Assembly (NCBI GenBank): GCA_018302605.1
Contig: JAGVZN010000010.1
Span: 65,013-129,012 of the forward strand
DNA length: 64,000 nucleotides
Source of the DNA: Candidatus Woesearchaeota archaeon
GTDB taxonomy: Archaea; Nanobdellota; Nanobdellia; Woesearchaeales; GW2011-AR9
Direction of reading: 5' to 3'
The notes under the pieces are model-generated. The model worked only from the letters and a program-made list of their open reading frames with translations. It ran no database searches and was not told the origin of the DNA. The position numbers were made by a program, and so were the translations under genes. Shown here piece by piece: positions 56,327 through 64,000 of this stretch. Each line of letters starts with the position of its first letter. The first letter of the stretch is position 1.

Positions 56327-56906
56327 TTAGAATAACCTCATAGAAATTTTGTTCTTTGTGAATGGGGAAGCCTGTTTTTCTCGCTTGCATAATCAGATCA
56401 TCTTTGTTCTTGATAAATTGATCCGTAGTTGTTTGAAATAGGGAGAATGGATATTTTGAGGTTATTTCGGCTTCTTTTTTATTTTCTGTTAAGTCTATTT
56501 TTTTATTAGCTACTATCAATAGGTCTATATCACTTCTGTTTTGTTCTTCCTTTCTGGAAGTTGAGCCAAAGATGATGATAGTATACGTTTCTGTAGGGAT
56601 ATTTTTGAGAAAGTTTCTGAGGGGAACTTTTACTCCCAGGTTTAAGCGGTTGAACTTTTGCATTGCTATTTCTGAAAATTTAAGAGCAAACAGTTTCTTA
56701 TCTTTTACTTTATAGAAAGTATTTGATTTAGTTTTTTCTTGGTTCAGGGTATTATTTCTTACCAGTTTTGTTAAGGTATTGGTTAAAGAGCTGTCGGAGA
56801 GCTGGGAGAGTTCTTTTATCTCGTTGAAGTATAAACTATTCTTTTTGCTTTCAAAATACGCGTGATATACTTTATCTTCTGGTTTCAGTTGTTGGGGGAT
56901 TTTCAT
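56316..56906 (-). CDS. minimal nucleotidyltransferase (MNT) domain protein, cognate partner of the HEPN gene
   Basis: IIIFGSTSRKEEQNRSDIDLLIV (GS...SDxDLL NTase motif). Overlaps the HEPN start by 11 nt. Confidence 0.6.
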   Translation of the reverse strand: MKIPQQLKPEDKVYHAYFESKKNSLYFNEIKELSQLSDSSLTNTLTKLVRNNTLNQEKTKSNTFYKVKDKKLFALKFSEIAMQKFNRLNLGVKVPLRNFLKNIPTETYTIIIFGSTSRKEEQNRSDIDLLIVANKKIDLTENKKEAEITSKYPFSLFQTTTDQFIKNKDDLIMQARKTGFPIHKEQNFYEVILNEY

Positions 56907-57004
56907 TTTAGACTGATACGGGGGGATTATTTATAAACACTTCTGTTTTTGGAGTGATTACTCCTGTTTTTGTGGTTTACTTGTTCAAATCGTTGGAGAA
57001 CAAT

Positions 57005-57107
57005 GGAACGGCGAGGCGGAATATTTTCTTTATCATGATACTTCATCCATAAGTGTCCTGGACATCCCATGCCGGTGGTGTAATCTGATTTGGAGAGTGG
57101 TTTCATG
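57005..57107 (-). pseudogene. duplicated 5' fragment of the DUF2779 gene
   Basis: 57016-57107 is ~88% identical to 55743-55830. It encodes MKPLSKSDYTTGMGCPGHLWMKYHDKENIPP...VLQRFEQ and then diverges and terminates. Confidence 0.6.
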
Positions 57108-57109
57108 GT

Positions 57110-57532
57110 TTAGTCCTCATGATGATAGAGCGTTACAATATCTTTAGTTTTTAAAATAATGACTTTATCTTGCTTTGCAAAATGCTTATCGTCAGACCAG
57201 ATAATAGAGTGTTCTTGACTTAATGCTGCGGCAATAAATGGGACGTCTTCAGGATCAATGTGTCCCATGATTCTTTTGGCTTCATTCCAATAAGCAGTCA
57301 ATTCTTCAGTAGGAATAAGCCTGATGAAGCGGAAGAGAGTATTGAGGATGATCAAAAATTCTGATTCGGAGATCCCGGACTTTGTAAGGATCAATTCTTT
57401 ATACTTTCTAATCTTATGGAAAGAGATCTCTGGAAAGCAGAAATCTTGTCCGGACTTGACAATTATTTCTCTCGTTGTAGAGTCTCTTATCAGTGCAGAA
57501 AGAAGAATATTGACATCAGTGATGATAATCAT
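57110..57532 (-). CDS. vapC: PIN-domain ribonuclease (VapC-like toxin)
   Basis: MIIITDVNILLSAL (Asp at position 6) with later acidic residues (WSDDKHF). Confidence 0.55.
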   Translation of the reverse strand: MIIITDVNILLSALIRDSTTREIIVKSGQDFCFPEISFHKIRKYKELILTKSGISESEFLIILNTLFRFIRLIPTEELTAYWNEAKRIMGHIDPEDVPFIAAALSQEHSIIWSDDKHFAKQDKVIILKTKDIVTLYHHED

Positions 57533-57541
57533 CGTGAAGCT

Positions 57542-57766
57542 TCAATCCCGATTTAGATCTTCAAATGTCTCTGCTTTTATTTTTCTGGAGATTGTGGAAA
57601 TATCTCTCTGAGTTAATTTGCTCTTCCTAGCGATTTTATCCATCATTTCCATCATTTCCATCTTCTGCGAGATCGATTTTCGGACTACTTCACTCCATCT
57701 AATTTCGGAGTGCTTTTTCATTCGTTCCTGCAGGTCGTCAGGCAAGGCTAAAGTTATATTTCCCAT
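57542..57766 (-). CDS. putative VapB-like antitoxin
   Basis: 74-aa ORF immediately upstream of the PIN gene. The N-terminal ITLALPDDLQERMKK resembles ribbon-helix-helix antitoxins. Confidence 0.4.
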   Translation of the reverse strand: MGNITLALPDDLQERMKKHSEIRWSEVVRKSISQKMEMMEMMDKIARKSKLTQRDISTISRKIKAETFEDLNRD

Positions 57767-57769
57767 AAT

Positions 57770-57988
57770 GTGAGAAGATGTGATATCACATATTTAAAGG
57801 TTCTGGTTTTAATGGCTCTCGAGCGGAAATTGAGCACCGGCTATCGGACGATCAAAGCGAATTGTGAAATATTAGAGCGCTTTGGTCAAGTCCACATTAA
57901 AGAACAGATCCATCCGGCAAATGGTCGCTCATCCCATCTTGTCTCGATTACTTCGCAAGGTTTCGATACAATTAAGAAAAAGAAATAG
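57770..57988 (+). CDS. hypothetical small protein (possible wHTH)
   Basis: 72-aa ORF divergent from the VapBC-like pair. Confidence 0.25.
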   Translation: MRRCDITYLKVLVLMALERKLSTGYRTIKANCEILERFGQVHIKEQIHPANGRSSHLVSITSQGFDTIKKKK

Positions 57989-58051
57989 GCTCCTGAACAC
58001 TAGAAACCAATATAAAGAAGCAATTCTCCAAAGACTAAGAGGTGATTTGCC

Positions 58052-58435
58052 ATGACAACTAAAATCATTAAAGAATTACAAGATATCAAACGGAAAGCCG
58101 CAATTATTAATCAGAAGATCGGAAGCGCAAAATTATCCTATCCGCAAGTTTGTCAATGCGGTGAAGAACTGGATCTTGTCTATGATGAAATCTTCTCTTT
58201 CGAAAGTGCGCTCCTCAAGAATGACCCCTTTGTAGAAATTGGACGCTATGGTCAAGAATCAGCGTATATCTTCAAAACATTGCGCACAAGCCATTCTCCA
58301 CTTCCAAAGAAATTTATTGTTTCTGAACTGAAGAAGTTTGAAATCCATCCCCGAAGAATCGAATACTGCATGGAACTTCTTCGTAAGACCGGCGAGATTT
58401 ATGAACCGAAGAAAGGGTTTGTTCAGAGAATATGA
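58052..58435 (+). CDS. hypothetical protein
   Basis: 127-aa ORF. Confidence 0.4.
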   Translation: MTTKIIKELQDIKRKAAIINQKIGSAKLSYPQVCQCGEELDLVYDEIFSFESALLKNDPFVEIGRYGQESAYIFKTLRTSHSPLPKKFIVSELKKFEIHPRRIEYCMELLRKTGEIYEPKKGFVQRI

Positions 58436-58774
58436 TTATTTCTTTTTTTTCAATTCTAACCGACGCTTGACAAATGCTTCTAACTCTTTTAACTCTCGGG
58501 GATGATATCTCTTTGTCTTCAGATACATTTCTAGAATATCTGCTCGATGGTCAATACGTGGCTGATCATACATTTGTATTGCCGACAACTTGCTACATTT
58601 CTGATGAAGTATTTTTATCTTTGCAAGAATAGCCTCATCTGCGATTACTTTCTCTGATTCAAACTTCAGTCTTTCATATTCTTCTTTAACATCTTCCTGA
58701 ATTTCTTCTCTCAATTCTTGTTCTCGTTGTTTCTGGATATTTTGTTTGGCTTGTTTGTATAATTTGATGTCCAT
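58436..58774 (-). CDS. hypothetical coiled-coil protein
   Basis: 112 aa, E/K/R-rich heptad-like sequence. Confidence 0.35.
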   Translation of the reverse strand: MDIKLYKQAKQNIQKQREQELREEIQEDVKEEYERLKFESEKVIADEAILAKIKILHQKCSKLSAIQMYDQPRIDHRADILEMYLKTKRYHPRELKELEAFVKRRLELKKKK

Positions 58775-58890
58775 AATTCTCTCAAAAGATTCACATTATA
58801 TTAATATTCTTGATAAGAATATTCTGACTTGAATAATACATCATTTCCAAATTCTTAAAATTCAGCCAAGAGTGAATTTTTGCCCAAAAA

Positions 58891-59031
58891 CTATCTTCCT
58901 TTCAAATTCTTAAAATAAATAATCTGCCGCTCCCTCTTTAACGCTTCGGTCTTCGTCCGAAACGTACCCAGTACTTTCTTTCCATCTTTGGTATACAACA
59001 CCCATTTGTACCCTTCTTTTTTAATGACCAT
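58891..59031 (-). CDS. small protein (46 aa), translationally coupled to the upstream oxidoreductase gene
   Basis: MVIKKEGYKWVLYTKDGKKVLGTFRTKTEALKRERQIIYFKNLKGR. Its ATG overlaps the stop of the 59031-60422 gene (TAATG). DUF2188-like pattern. Confidence 0.3.
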   Translation of the reverse strand: MVIKKEGYKWVLYTKDGKKVLGTFRTKTEALKRERQIIYFKNLKGR

Positions 59032-60422
59032 TACAACGGCACTCGCCACGCCGCTCTCTGCACGACTTCCGACAACGCCGGATGAACATGAACCGTTGAC
59101 CGAATAATTTCCAGCGCTTTCTTCCGGTTCGCCTTCATCGCCACACAGACCTCGTGGATCAGCGTCGCTGCATCCGGCCCGAGAATATGACAGCCCAGAA
59201 TTTCTTTCGTTTTCTTGTCAACGATAAACTTGACAAAGCCATCTTCTTCAGCTAATGCCGCGCCCATCCCCGTATTCTTATATTCATAGACCCCCACAAC
59301 GTACTTCTTTCCCCGTTCTTTTGCTTTCTCTTCGGTCAATCCCACCCCTGCTACCTGCGGCGAACTGAAGATCGCATGCGGCATCGGATAATAATCTACT
59401 GCTTTGCGTCCCGGAAAAACTGTCTTGCGCTTTCGTAACACTTCCTGTAATCCATATTCTGCTTCCAGATTGGCGCTATGCTTAAACAAATAATGACCGA
59501 CAACATCGCCGAGCGCCCACACATTCTTCGCCGAAGTATGGAGATATCTATCAACAATGATAAATCCTTTCTCGTTTATCTTTACTCCTGCTTTTTCCAG
59601 CCCTAATAAGTCGGTATTCGGCCGTATTCCCGTCGCGATCAGAATCTTCTCCGCAGTTACCATCTTTTTCACACCATTCACTAAACATTGCACCCGTAGA
59701 CCTTTTCCAAAACGCGCTACTGCCGTCACCTCGGTTTTGAGATACACTTTCATCTTCTTCGTCCAGAGCCGGGTGAATGTCTCGGCTACATCTCCATCTT
59801 CATGGGGGATCAATAATTTGTTGCGCTGGACAATCGTCACCTCCGTACCCATCGCTGAAAAGAAATGCCCCAATTCTGCGCCGATGTATCCCCCGCCGAT
59901 AATCACCAGGCTTTTGGGCAGTATCGTCAGGCGCAGCGCTTCTGTACTTGTTAAAAACGGCACTTTTTCCAAGCCGCGGATCGGCGGAAGCGCTGGTCGT
60001 GAGCCGGTGGCGATGACGATTTTCTTGCCTTTGATCTGCTCGCCATTCACTTCAATCGTCTGCGCATCAACAAACACGGCTCTTCCTTTGAATAGCGTTT
60101 GGTTCTGCGTGGCTTTCACCCCTTGCTCAATGGTGCGTGCATCTTCATCTACCAGAGAATTTGCCCGGCTGGTCACGTTCTTAAGCATAACATTTCCTAA
60201 TTTTGCGGAAAGACCGACTTTTTCAGCATTATTGATCGCTTCTGCCACATCCGCAGAATGAATAATCATCTTAGAAGGGATGCACCCCCGATTCAAGCAG
60301 GTCCCGCCTAACGGGCCGTCTTCGATAATCGCCACATTCAGTCCAGCATCTGCCGCTCCTGCCGCCACATCCAGTCCAGAACCGGCGCCGATGACGATCA
60401 GATCAAATATTTCCATGACCAC
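59031..60422 (-). CDS. lpd: class I pyridine nucleotide-disulfide oxidoreductase (dihydrolipoamide dehydrogenase-like)
   Basis: IVIGAGSG FAD motif, GGTCLNRGCIPSK redox-active disulfide, and a C-terminal dimerisation domain. Confidence 0.8.
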   Translation of the reverse strand: MVMEIFDLIVIGAGSGLDVAAGAADAGLNVAIIEDGPLGGTCLNRGCIPSKMIIHSADVAEAINNAEKVGLSAKLGNVMLKNVTSRANSLVDEDARTIEQGVKATQNQTLFKGRAVFVDAQTIEVNGEQIKGKKIVIATGSRPALPPIRGLEKVPFLTSTEALRLTILPKSLVIIGGGYIGAELGHFFSAMGTEVTIVQRNKLLIPHEDGDVAETFTRLWTKKMKVYLKTEVTAVARFGKGLRVQCLVNGVKKMVTAEKILIATGIRPNTDLLGLEKAGVKINEKGFIIVDRYLHTSAKNVWALGDVVGHYLFKHSANLEAEYGLQEVLRKRKTVFPGRKAVDYYPMPHAIFSSPQVAGVGLTEEKAKERGKKYVVGVYEYKNTGMGAALAEEDGFVKFIVDKKTKEILGCHILGPDAATLIHEVCVAMKANRKKALEIIRSTVHVHPALSEVVQRAAWRVPL

Positions 60423-60524
60423 CTCTTTTTGGTTAGAGAAGTTTGTTGATAAATCATTGAATTATGCAAACTTCTCGTTAGAAAGGAAGCATTAATCGTA
60501 TTTAAAATATTCGTTGTGGGGGGG

Positions 60525-60573
60525 GTATTTGTTTGGCTAGTGGCTGGGCCAAGCAGTGTATCCGAGCGGCAAA
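60525..60573 (+). repeat. divergent copy of the ~47-nt intergenic motif
   Basis: GTATTTGTTTGGCTAGTGGCTGGGCCAAGCAGTGTATCCGAGCGGCAAAT lies directly 5' of the TIR element. Confidence 0.45.
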
Positions 60574-60586
60574 TTTAATCCCCCCT

Positions 60587-60742
60587 TTAAATCGTACGTA
60601 TTAAGTCTGTGCTGGGCAGGTCGGCCTGCCTCGTCTCGCCCAGAAGCAGAGATCAGTTGAACTGAAGAGTTATTCTCAAAGATAAGCGAGACCATTCTTG
60701 ACCAAGCCCGCACAGACTTAACTTAATACGTACTTTAAATCG
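60587..60742. repeat. ~156-nt terminal-inverted-repeat element (MITE-like or structured RNA), copy B
   Basis: TTTAAATCGTACGTATTAAGTCTGTGCTGGGC...GCCCGCACAGACTTAACTTAATACGTACTTTAAATCG. The termini are ~30-nt inverted repeats. Homologous to 8736-8905. Confidence 0.55.
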
Positions 60743-60776
60743 TAATCTTTATTAACCTTTAAAATACCCTTTTCGG

Positions 60777-63281
60777 GTGCAGAAAAAATCATATCAAACG
60801 CTCGGTGCAAATATCCTCCCTTCCCACTATGATCTGCTCTTCGAGCCAGACTTTAAAACTTTCACTTTTAAAGGAACAGCATACATCGTTGTCTCCATCA
60901 AAGAACCGACAAGAATCATCAAACTACATGCCAAAGAACTGATCATCAAATCTGCGGGGATCCGCCAAACCGATCTGCACCTGCCGGCGAAAACAAATTA
61001 TAATGTCAAAAAAGAAGAATTAACTCTTACTTTTCCCCAAGCGGTGTACGGAACAGCTCAGATCCATCTTCAATTCACGGGGACTCATAACGAGGGTATG
61101 TACGGCTTCTACCGCAGTTCATATCAGCACAAAGGCAAAACGAAATACCTCCTGACTTCTCAATTTGAGCCGGCCAATGCCCGGGCGGCTTTTCCCTGTT
61201 TCGACGAACCAGCATTCAAAGCGACATTTGATGTCTCGTTGATCGTTGACCGGAGGCTTTCTGCTCTCTCCAACATGCCGATCAAGAAAGAAAGTAAGCT
61301 CTCTTCCCAGCGGAAGCAGGTCTCTTTCTACACCTCGCCGCGCATGTCTACCTATCTTCTCTATCTTGGTCTGGGCAATTTTAAATCGATCCAGACAGAA
61401 CACCGCAATGTTCTTATCCGCGTTTGTACTGTCCCAGAAAAAATCAATCTTGGCCATCTCGCTTTAGATTATACTCAAAGATTCCTCGCTTTTTTTGAAA
61501 CCTATTTTCGCATCAACTATCCCCTGCCCAAGCTGGACATCATCGCCATCCCCGACTTTGCCGCCGGCGCGATGGAAAACTGGGGTGCAATCACCTTTCG
61601 GGAGATTGCTCTCCTTGGAAATGAAAAGACGTCCGTCGCGGTCAAGCAAAACATCGCCATCACCGTTGCCCATGAGCTTGCTCACCAGTGGTTTGGCAAC
61701 CTTGTCACAATGCAATGGTGGGATGATCTCTGGCTCAATGAAAGTTTCGCCACGTTCATGAGCTACAAAGCAGTCAATGCGGTCTTTCCGGAGTGGGACT
61801 TGCCGTTGCAATATTTTGAAGACACGATCGCTGATGCGCTTTCTGCAGATGAGATCGAAGCAACTCATCCGATCAATGTTCACGTTGATACGCCGGGCGA
61901 GATTGACGAAATCTTTGATAACATCAGTTATGATAAAGGGGGAAGTGTCCTGCATATGCTGGAAGATGCTGTCGGTGAAAACGCTTTCCGCTCTGGACTA
62001 ACTGCATATCTCCGGAAACATGCCTATCATAATGCCACCAAACTGGATTTATGGAAAGCCATTCAGGCAGCAAAGAAAGAAAAATTTGTTTCGACGATGG
62101 TGCACGGCTGGATTACCCAATCAGGATATCCGCTGGTCAACGTCCAGAAAAAAAGAAAAAATTATCATCTTTCCCAACAGAGATTTTCCCTTCTCGGTAA
62201 AAAACACGCCGAGAAATGGATCATCCCCATTCGCTATGGCACCGACGATCATCGCGCCGGCACGGTGATTCTCCGCCGGAGAAAAGCCATCCTTCGCTCG
62301 TCAGCCAATTGGCTGAAGATCAATTTCTGCCAGCCGGGATTCTATCGCGTGAAATATGATCCGGCCTTGTTAACCCAGCTCGGCACTGCTTTGGTTCAAT
62401 CAAAACTGTCTTCTCTGGATGGCGCGGGAATAGAAAATGATCTTTTCTCGTTGATGTTCTCAGGTCATTATCCTCTTGTCGATTACCTGGAATTCATCGA
62501 GCGTTACTGCCTGGCCGCAGAATACCCACTTAATTCCAGCATTTCCGGCCATCTTGGCTGGCTGTTGCGTCTCACGAAAGAAAGTTCTTCCGAGCTGATC
62601 GTCAAGGAAGCCAGCTTGCTCTTTCATCTCGAGCAGCTGAAAAAAGTTGGATGGGAGCGCCAGCGGAATGAAAAGAATACAGCCACTCTGCTGCGTTCAA
62701 TGGTCATCAGCAATCTTGGATTAGCCGGCCACCAGCCGACACTGGACAGAGGAAAGCAGCTCTTCCGGCAGATCCGTCGCGGCAAAGCTGTTGATCCCAA
62801 CCTGAAAAGCACGATTTACGTACTCGCTGCCCGCCAAGGTGATGAACAGATGTTTTCGTATTTCGCCCAGCGCTATAAAAAAGAAACGCTCCCCGAAGAA
62901 AGCCGGCGGCTCCTCCGCGCATTAGGGATGTTTCCCTCTCCGGCACTCGTCCATCGGGCGTTGGCCTACTCGCTCTCCACCGTTCGTCTCCAGGACTCGT
63001 TCATCATCCCTTTTGTCATCTCGCTTAATCCGGGGATGGATGAACTGCTCTGGTCCTGGACAAAAAAACACTGGCCGCAGTTTATGAAGAAGTTTGCCAG
63101 CGGCACGCACATGCTTGCCTCGTTTGTCAAGACAATGTCCTCATCTTCGGAAAAAGCGCTGGGTGATGATATTGCCCGTTTCTTCGCCCAAAAAAAGAAT
63201 CAGCGTGACGATGTCCGTCTGGTCGTGCAACAGGTTCTGGAACACATCGAGATCAATCAAAGATTCGTGGGGAGAAATTGA
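60777..63281 (+). CDS. M1-family zinc aminopeptidase (aminopeptidase N / tricorn-interacting factor F3-like)
   Basis: GAMENWG and VAHELAHQWFGNLVT...WLNESFATF (HExxH-x18-E). Confidence 0.85.
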   Translation: MQKKSYQTLGANILPSHYDLLFEPDFKTFTFKGTAYIVVSIKEPTRIIKLHAKELIIKSAGIRQTDLHLPAKTNYNVKKEELTLTFPQAVYGTAQIHLQFTGTHNEGMYGFYRSSYQHKGKTKYLLTSQFEPANARAAFPCFDEPAFKATFDVSLIVDRRLSALSNMPIKKESKLSSQRKQVSFYTSPRMSTYLLYLGLGNFKSIQTEHRNVLIRVCTVPEKINLGHLALDYTQRFLAFFETYFRINYPLPKLDIIAIPDFAAGAMENWGAITFREIALLGNEKTSVAVKQNIAITVAHELAHQWFGNLVTMQWWDDLWLNESFATFMSYKAVNAVFPEWDLPLQYFEDTIADALSADEIEATHPINVHVDTPGEIDEIFDNISYDKGGSVLHMLEDAVGENAFRSGLTAYLRKHAYHNATKLDLWKAIQAAKKEKFVSTMVHGWITQSGYPLVNVQKKRKNYHLSQQRFSLLGKKHAEKWIIPIRYGTDDHRAGTVILRRRKAILRSSANWLKINFCQPGFYRVKYDPALLTQLGTALVQSKLSSLDGAGIENDLFSLMFSGHYPLVDYLEFIERYCLAAEYPLNSSISGHLGWLLRLTKESSSELIVKEASLLFHLEQLKKVGWERQRNEKNTATLLRSMVISNLGLAGHQPTLDRGKQLFRQIRRGKAVDPNLKSTIYVLAARQGDEQMFSYFAQRYKKETLPEESRRLLRALGMFPSPALVHRALAYSLSTVRLQDSFIIPFVISLNPGMDELLWSWTKKHWPQFMKKFASGTHMLASFVKTMSSSSEKALGDDIARFFAQKKNQRDDVRLVVQQVLEHIEINQRFVGRN

Positions 63282-63901
63282 GCGTTCTTTAAGAAATCCC
63301 GAAGAATATTTCTTTCAAAACGTGATGAATCTTCCGCGGCAAGACGGCTTTTCAAGAACTGATAATTTCGAGAATAGTTGGAAGATGCATTCTCAAAAAT
63401 AGGTCGTTCCGCCCACTCTAAAGGCATAGCTTCTAACTGATGCCCGTATGCACGCACTTCCATGATTGCGTTAATCGTCTCCGGAATTAATCTATCTTTG
63501 TTTTGGATCGTAATCCGACGTTGGTGATCGATCGGGATGCCGCCACACCAATCTGAAGCATGGACATATTCATGATCTCGGATGATCGAAACAAGTTCGT
63601 CCGCCGGCACAAAGAGCGCCGCGGGATAGACAAAGATAGCCGTAGGAGTGCCTGCTCCCATTGTTTTTTGATCGAACATCGTCGTGGCAACTGTACTAGT
63701 ATGTTGTCTCATTACCCAAAACAAACCAACGCGGTCGCTATTCCAGGCGTACTTAGGGAGGTGTTGTTGCAATGCCCGTCCGCAGTGTTCTTCTGTTCGA
63801 CAATAGACTATTTCTGAAACTGCCGCGCAGGGATGTTCGCCGAGAAATGAACTAAGATAGTCTTCCAGTACCGAATCAGTCCAATATTTCTTGGTGGTCA
63901 T
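63257..63901 (-). CDS. hypothetical protein
   Basis: 214-aa ORF convergent with the aminopeptidase gene. Confidence 0.4.
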   Translation of the reverse strand: MTTKKYWTDSVLEDYLSSFLGEHPCAAVSEIVYCRTEEHCGRALQQHLPKYAWNSDRVGLFWVMRQHTSTVATTMFDQKTMGAGTPTAIFVYPAALFVPADELVSIIRDHEYVHASDWCGGIPIDHQRRITIQNKDRLIPETINAIMEVRAYGHQLEAMPLEWAERPIFENASSNYSRNYQFLKSRLAAEDSSRFERNILRDFLKNAQFLPTNL

Positions 63902-64000
63902 GTTGACTTTTTCTAATTTCTGGGAGTGTACCCCACTTCTTTCAGGAACAGCTTGATCGTCTCCCTTTCCAGAGGCATTAATGTTGAATATAACAGCAAA

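Noticed and set aside
59557-60261. 234-aa plus-strand ORF
   Set aside because: Antisense to the lpd-like flavoprotein gene.
61119-62946. Several minus-strand ORFs inside 60777-63281
   Set aside because: Antisense to the M1 aminopeptidase gene with HExxH...E motifs.

Overview
The window reads as an archaeal chromosome segment, probably from an uncultivated, AT-leaning lineage with many small ORFs; this inference rests on the gene content and I could not test it against databases. Recognisable informational and housekeeping genes are thermosome, HisRS, MetAP2, an adenosine-deaminase-family protein, Lrp/AsnC regulators, a stand-alone 5S rRNA, FEN-1, Trm5/Taw2-like methyltransferase, PAN, CysRS, a split transketolase, an lpd-like flavoprotein and an M1 aminopeptidase. 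Two intron-containing tRNAs near 4.0-4.9 kb both fold by hand to anticodon GTG with the G-1/C73 histidine identity pair, and a lower-GC cargo segment (ATP-grasp-like plus HAD-like genes) follows them. A thiol-redox cluster sits at 41.8-44.4 kb and a 1652-aa repeat-rich surface protein at 36.0-41.0 kb. The accessory region at roughly 48.2-58.8 kb is the most interesting part. On the minus strand it carries duplicated modules of a ~40-aa zinc-ribbon gene translationally coupled to a Bro-N-domain gene, a RhuM-family gene, a DinD-like gene, an ImmA/IrrE-like gene, a DGQHR/DndB-like fragment beside three phased direct repeats and a TATA box, a DUF2779 nuclease, a HEPN (frameshifted)/MNT pair flanked by a duplicated DUF2779 5' segment, a VapBC-like pair, and several repeated promoter-like boxes. 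Separately, two families of repeated non-coding elements recur through the window: a ~160-nt terminal-inverted-repeat element in two copies, and a ~47-nt same-orientation motif in five copies whose sequence differences preserve a hairpin.
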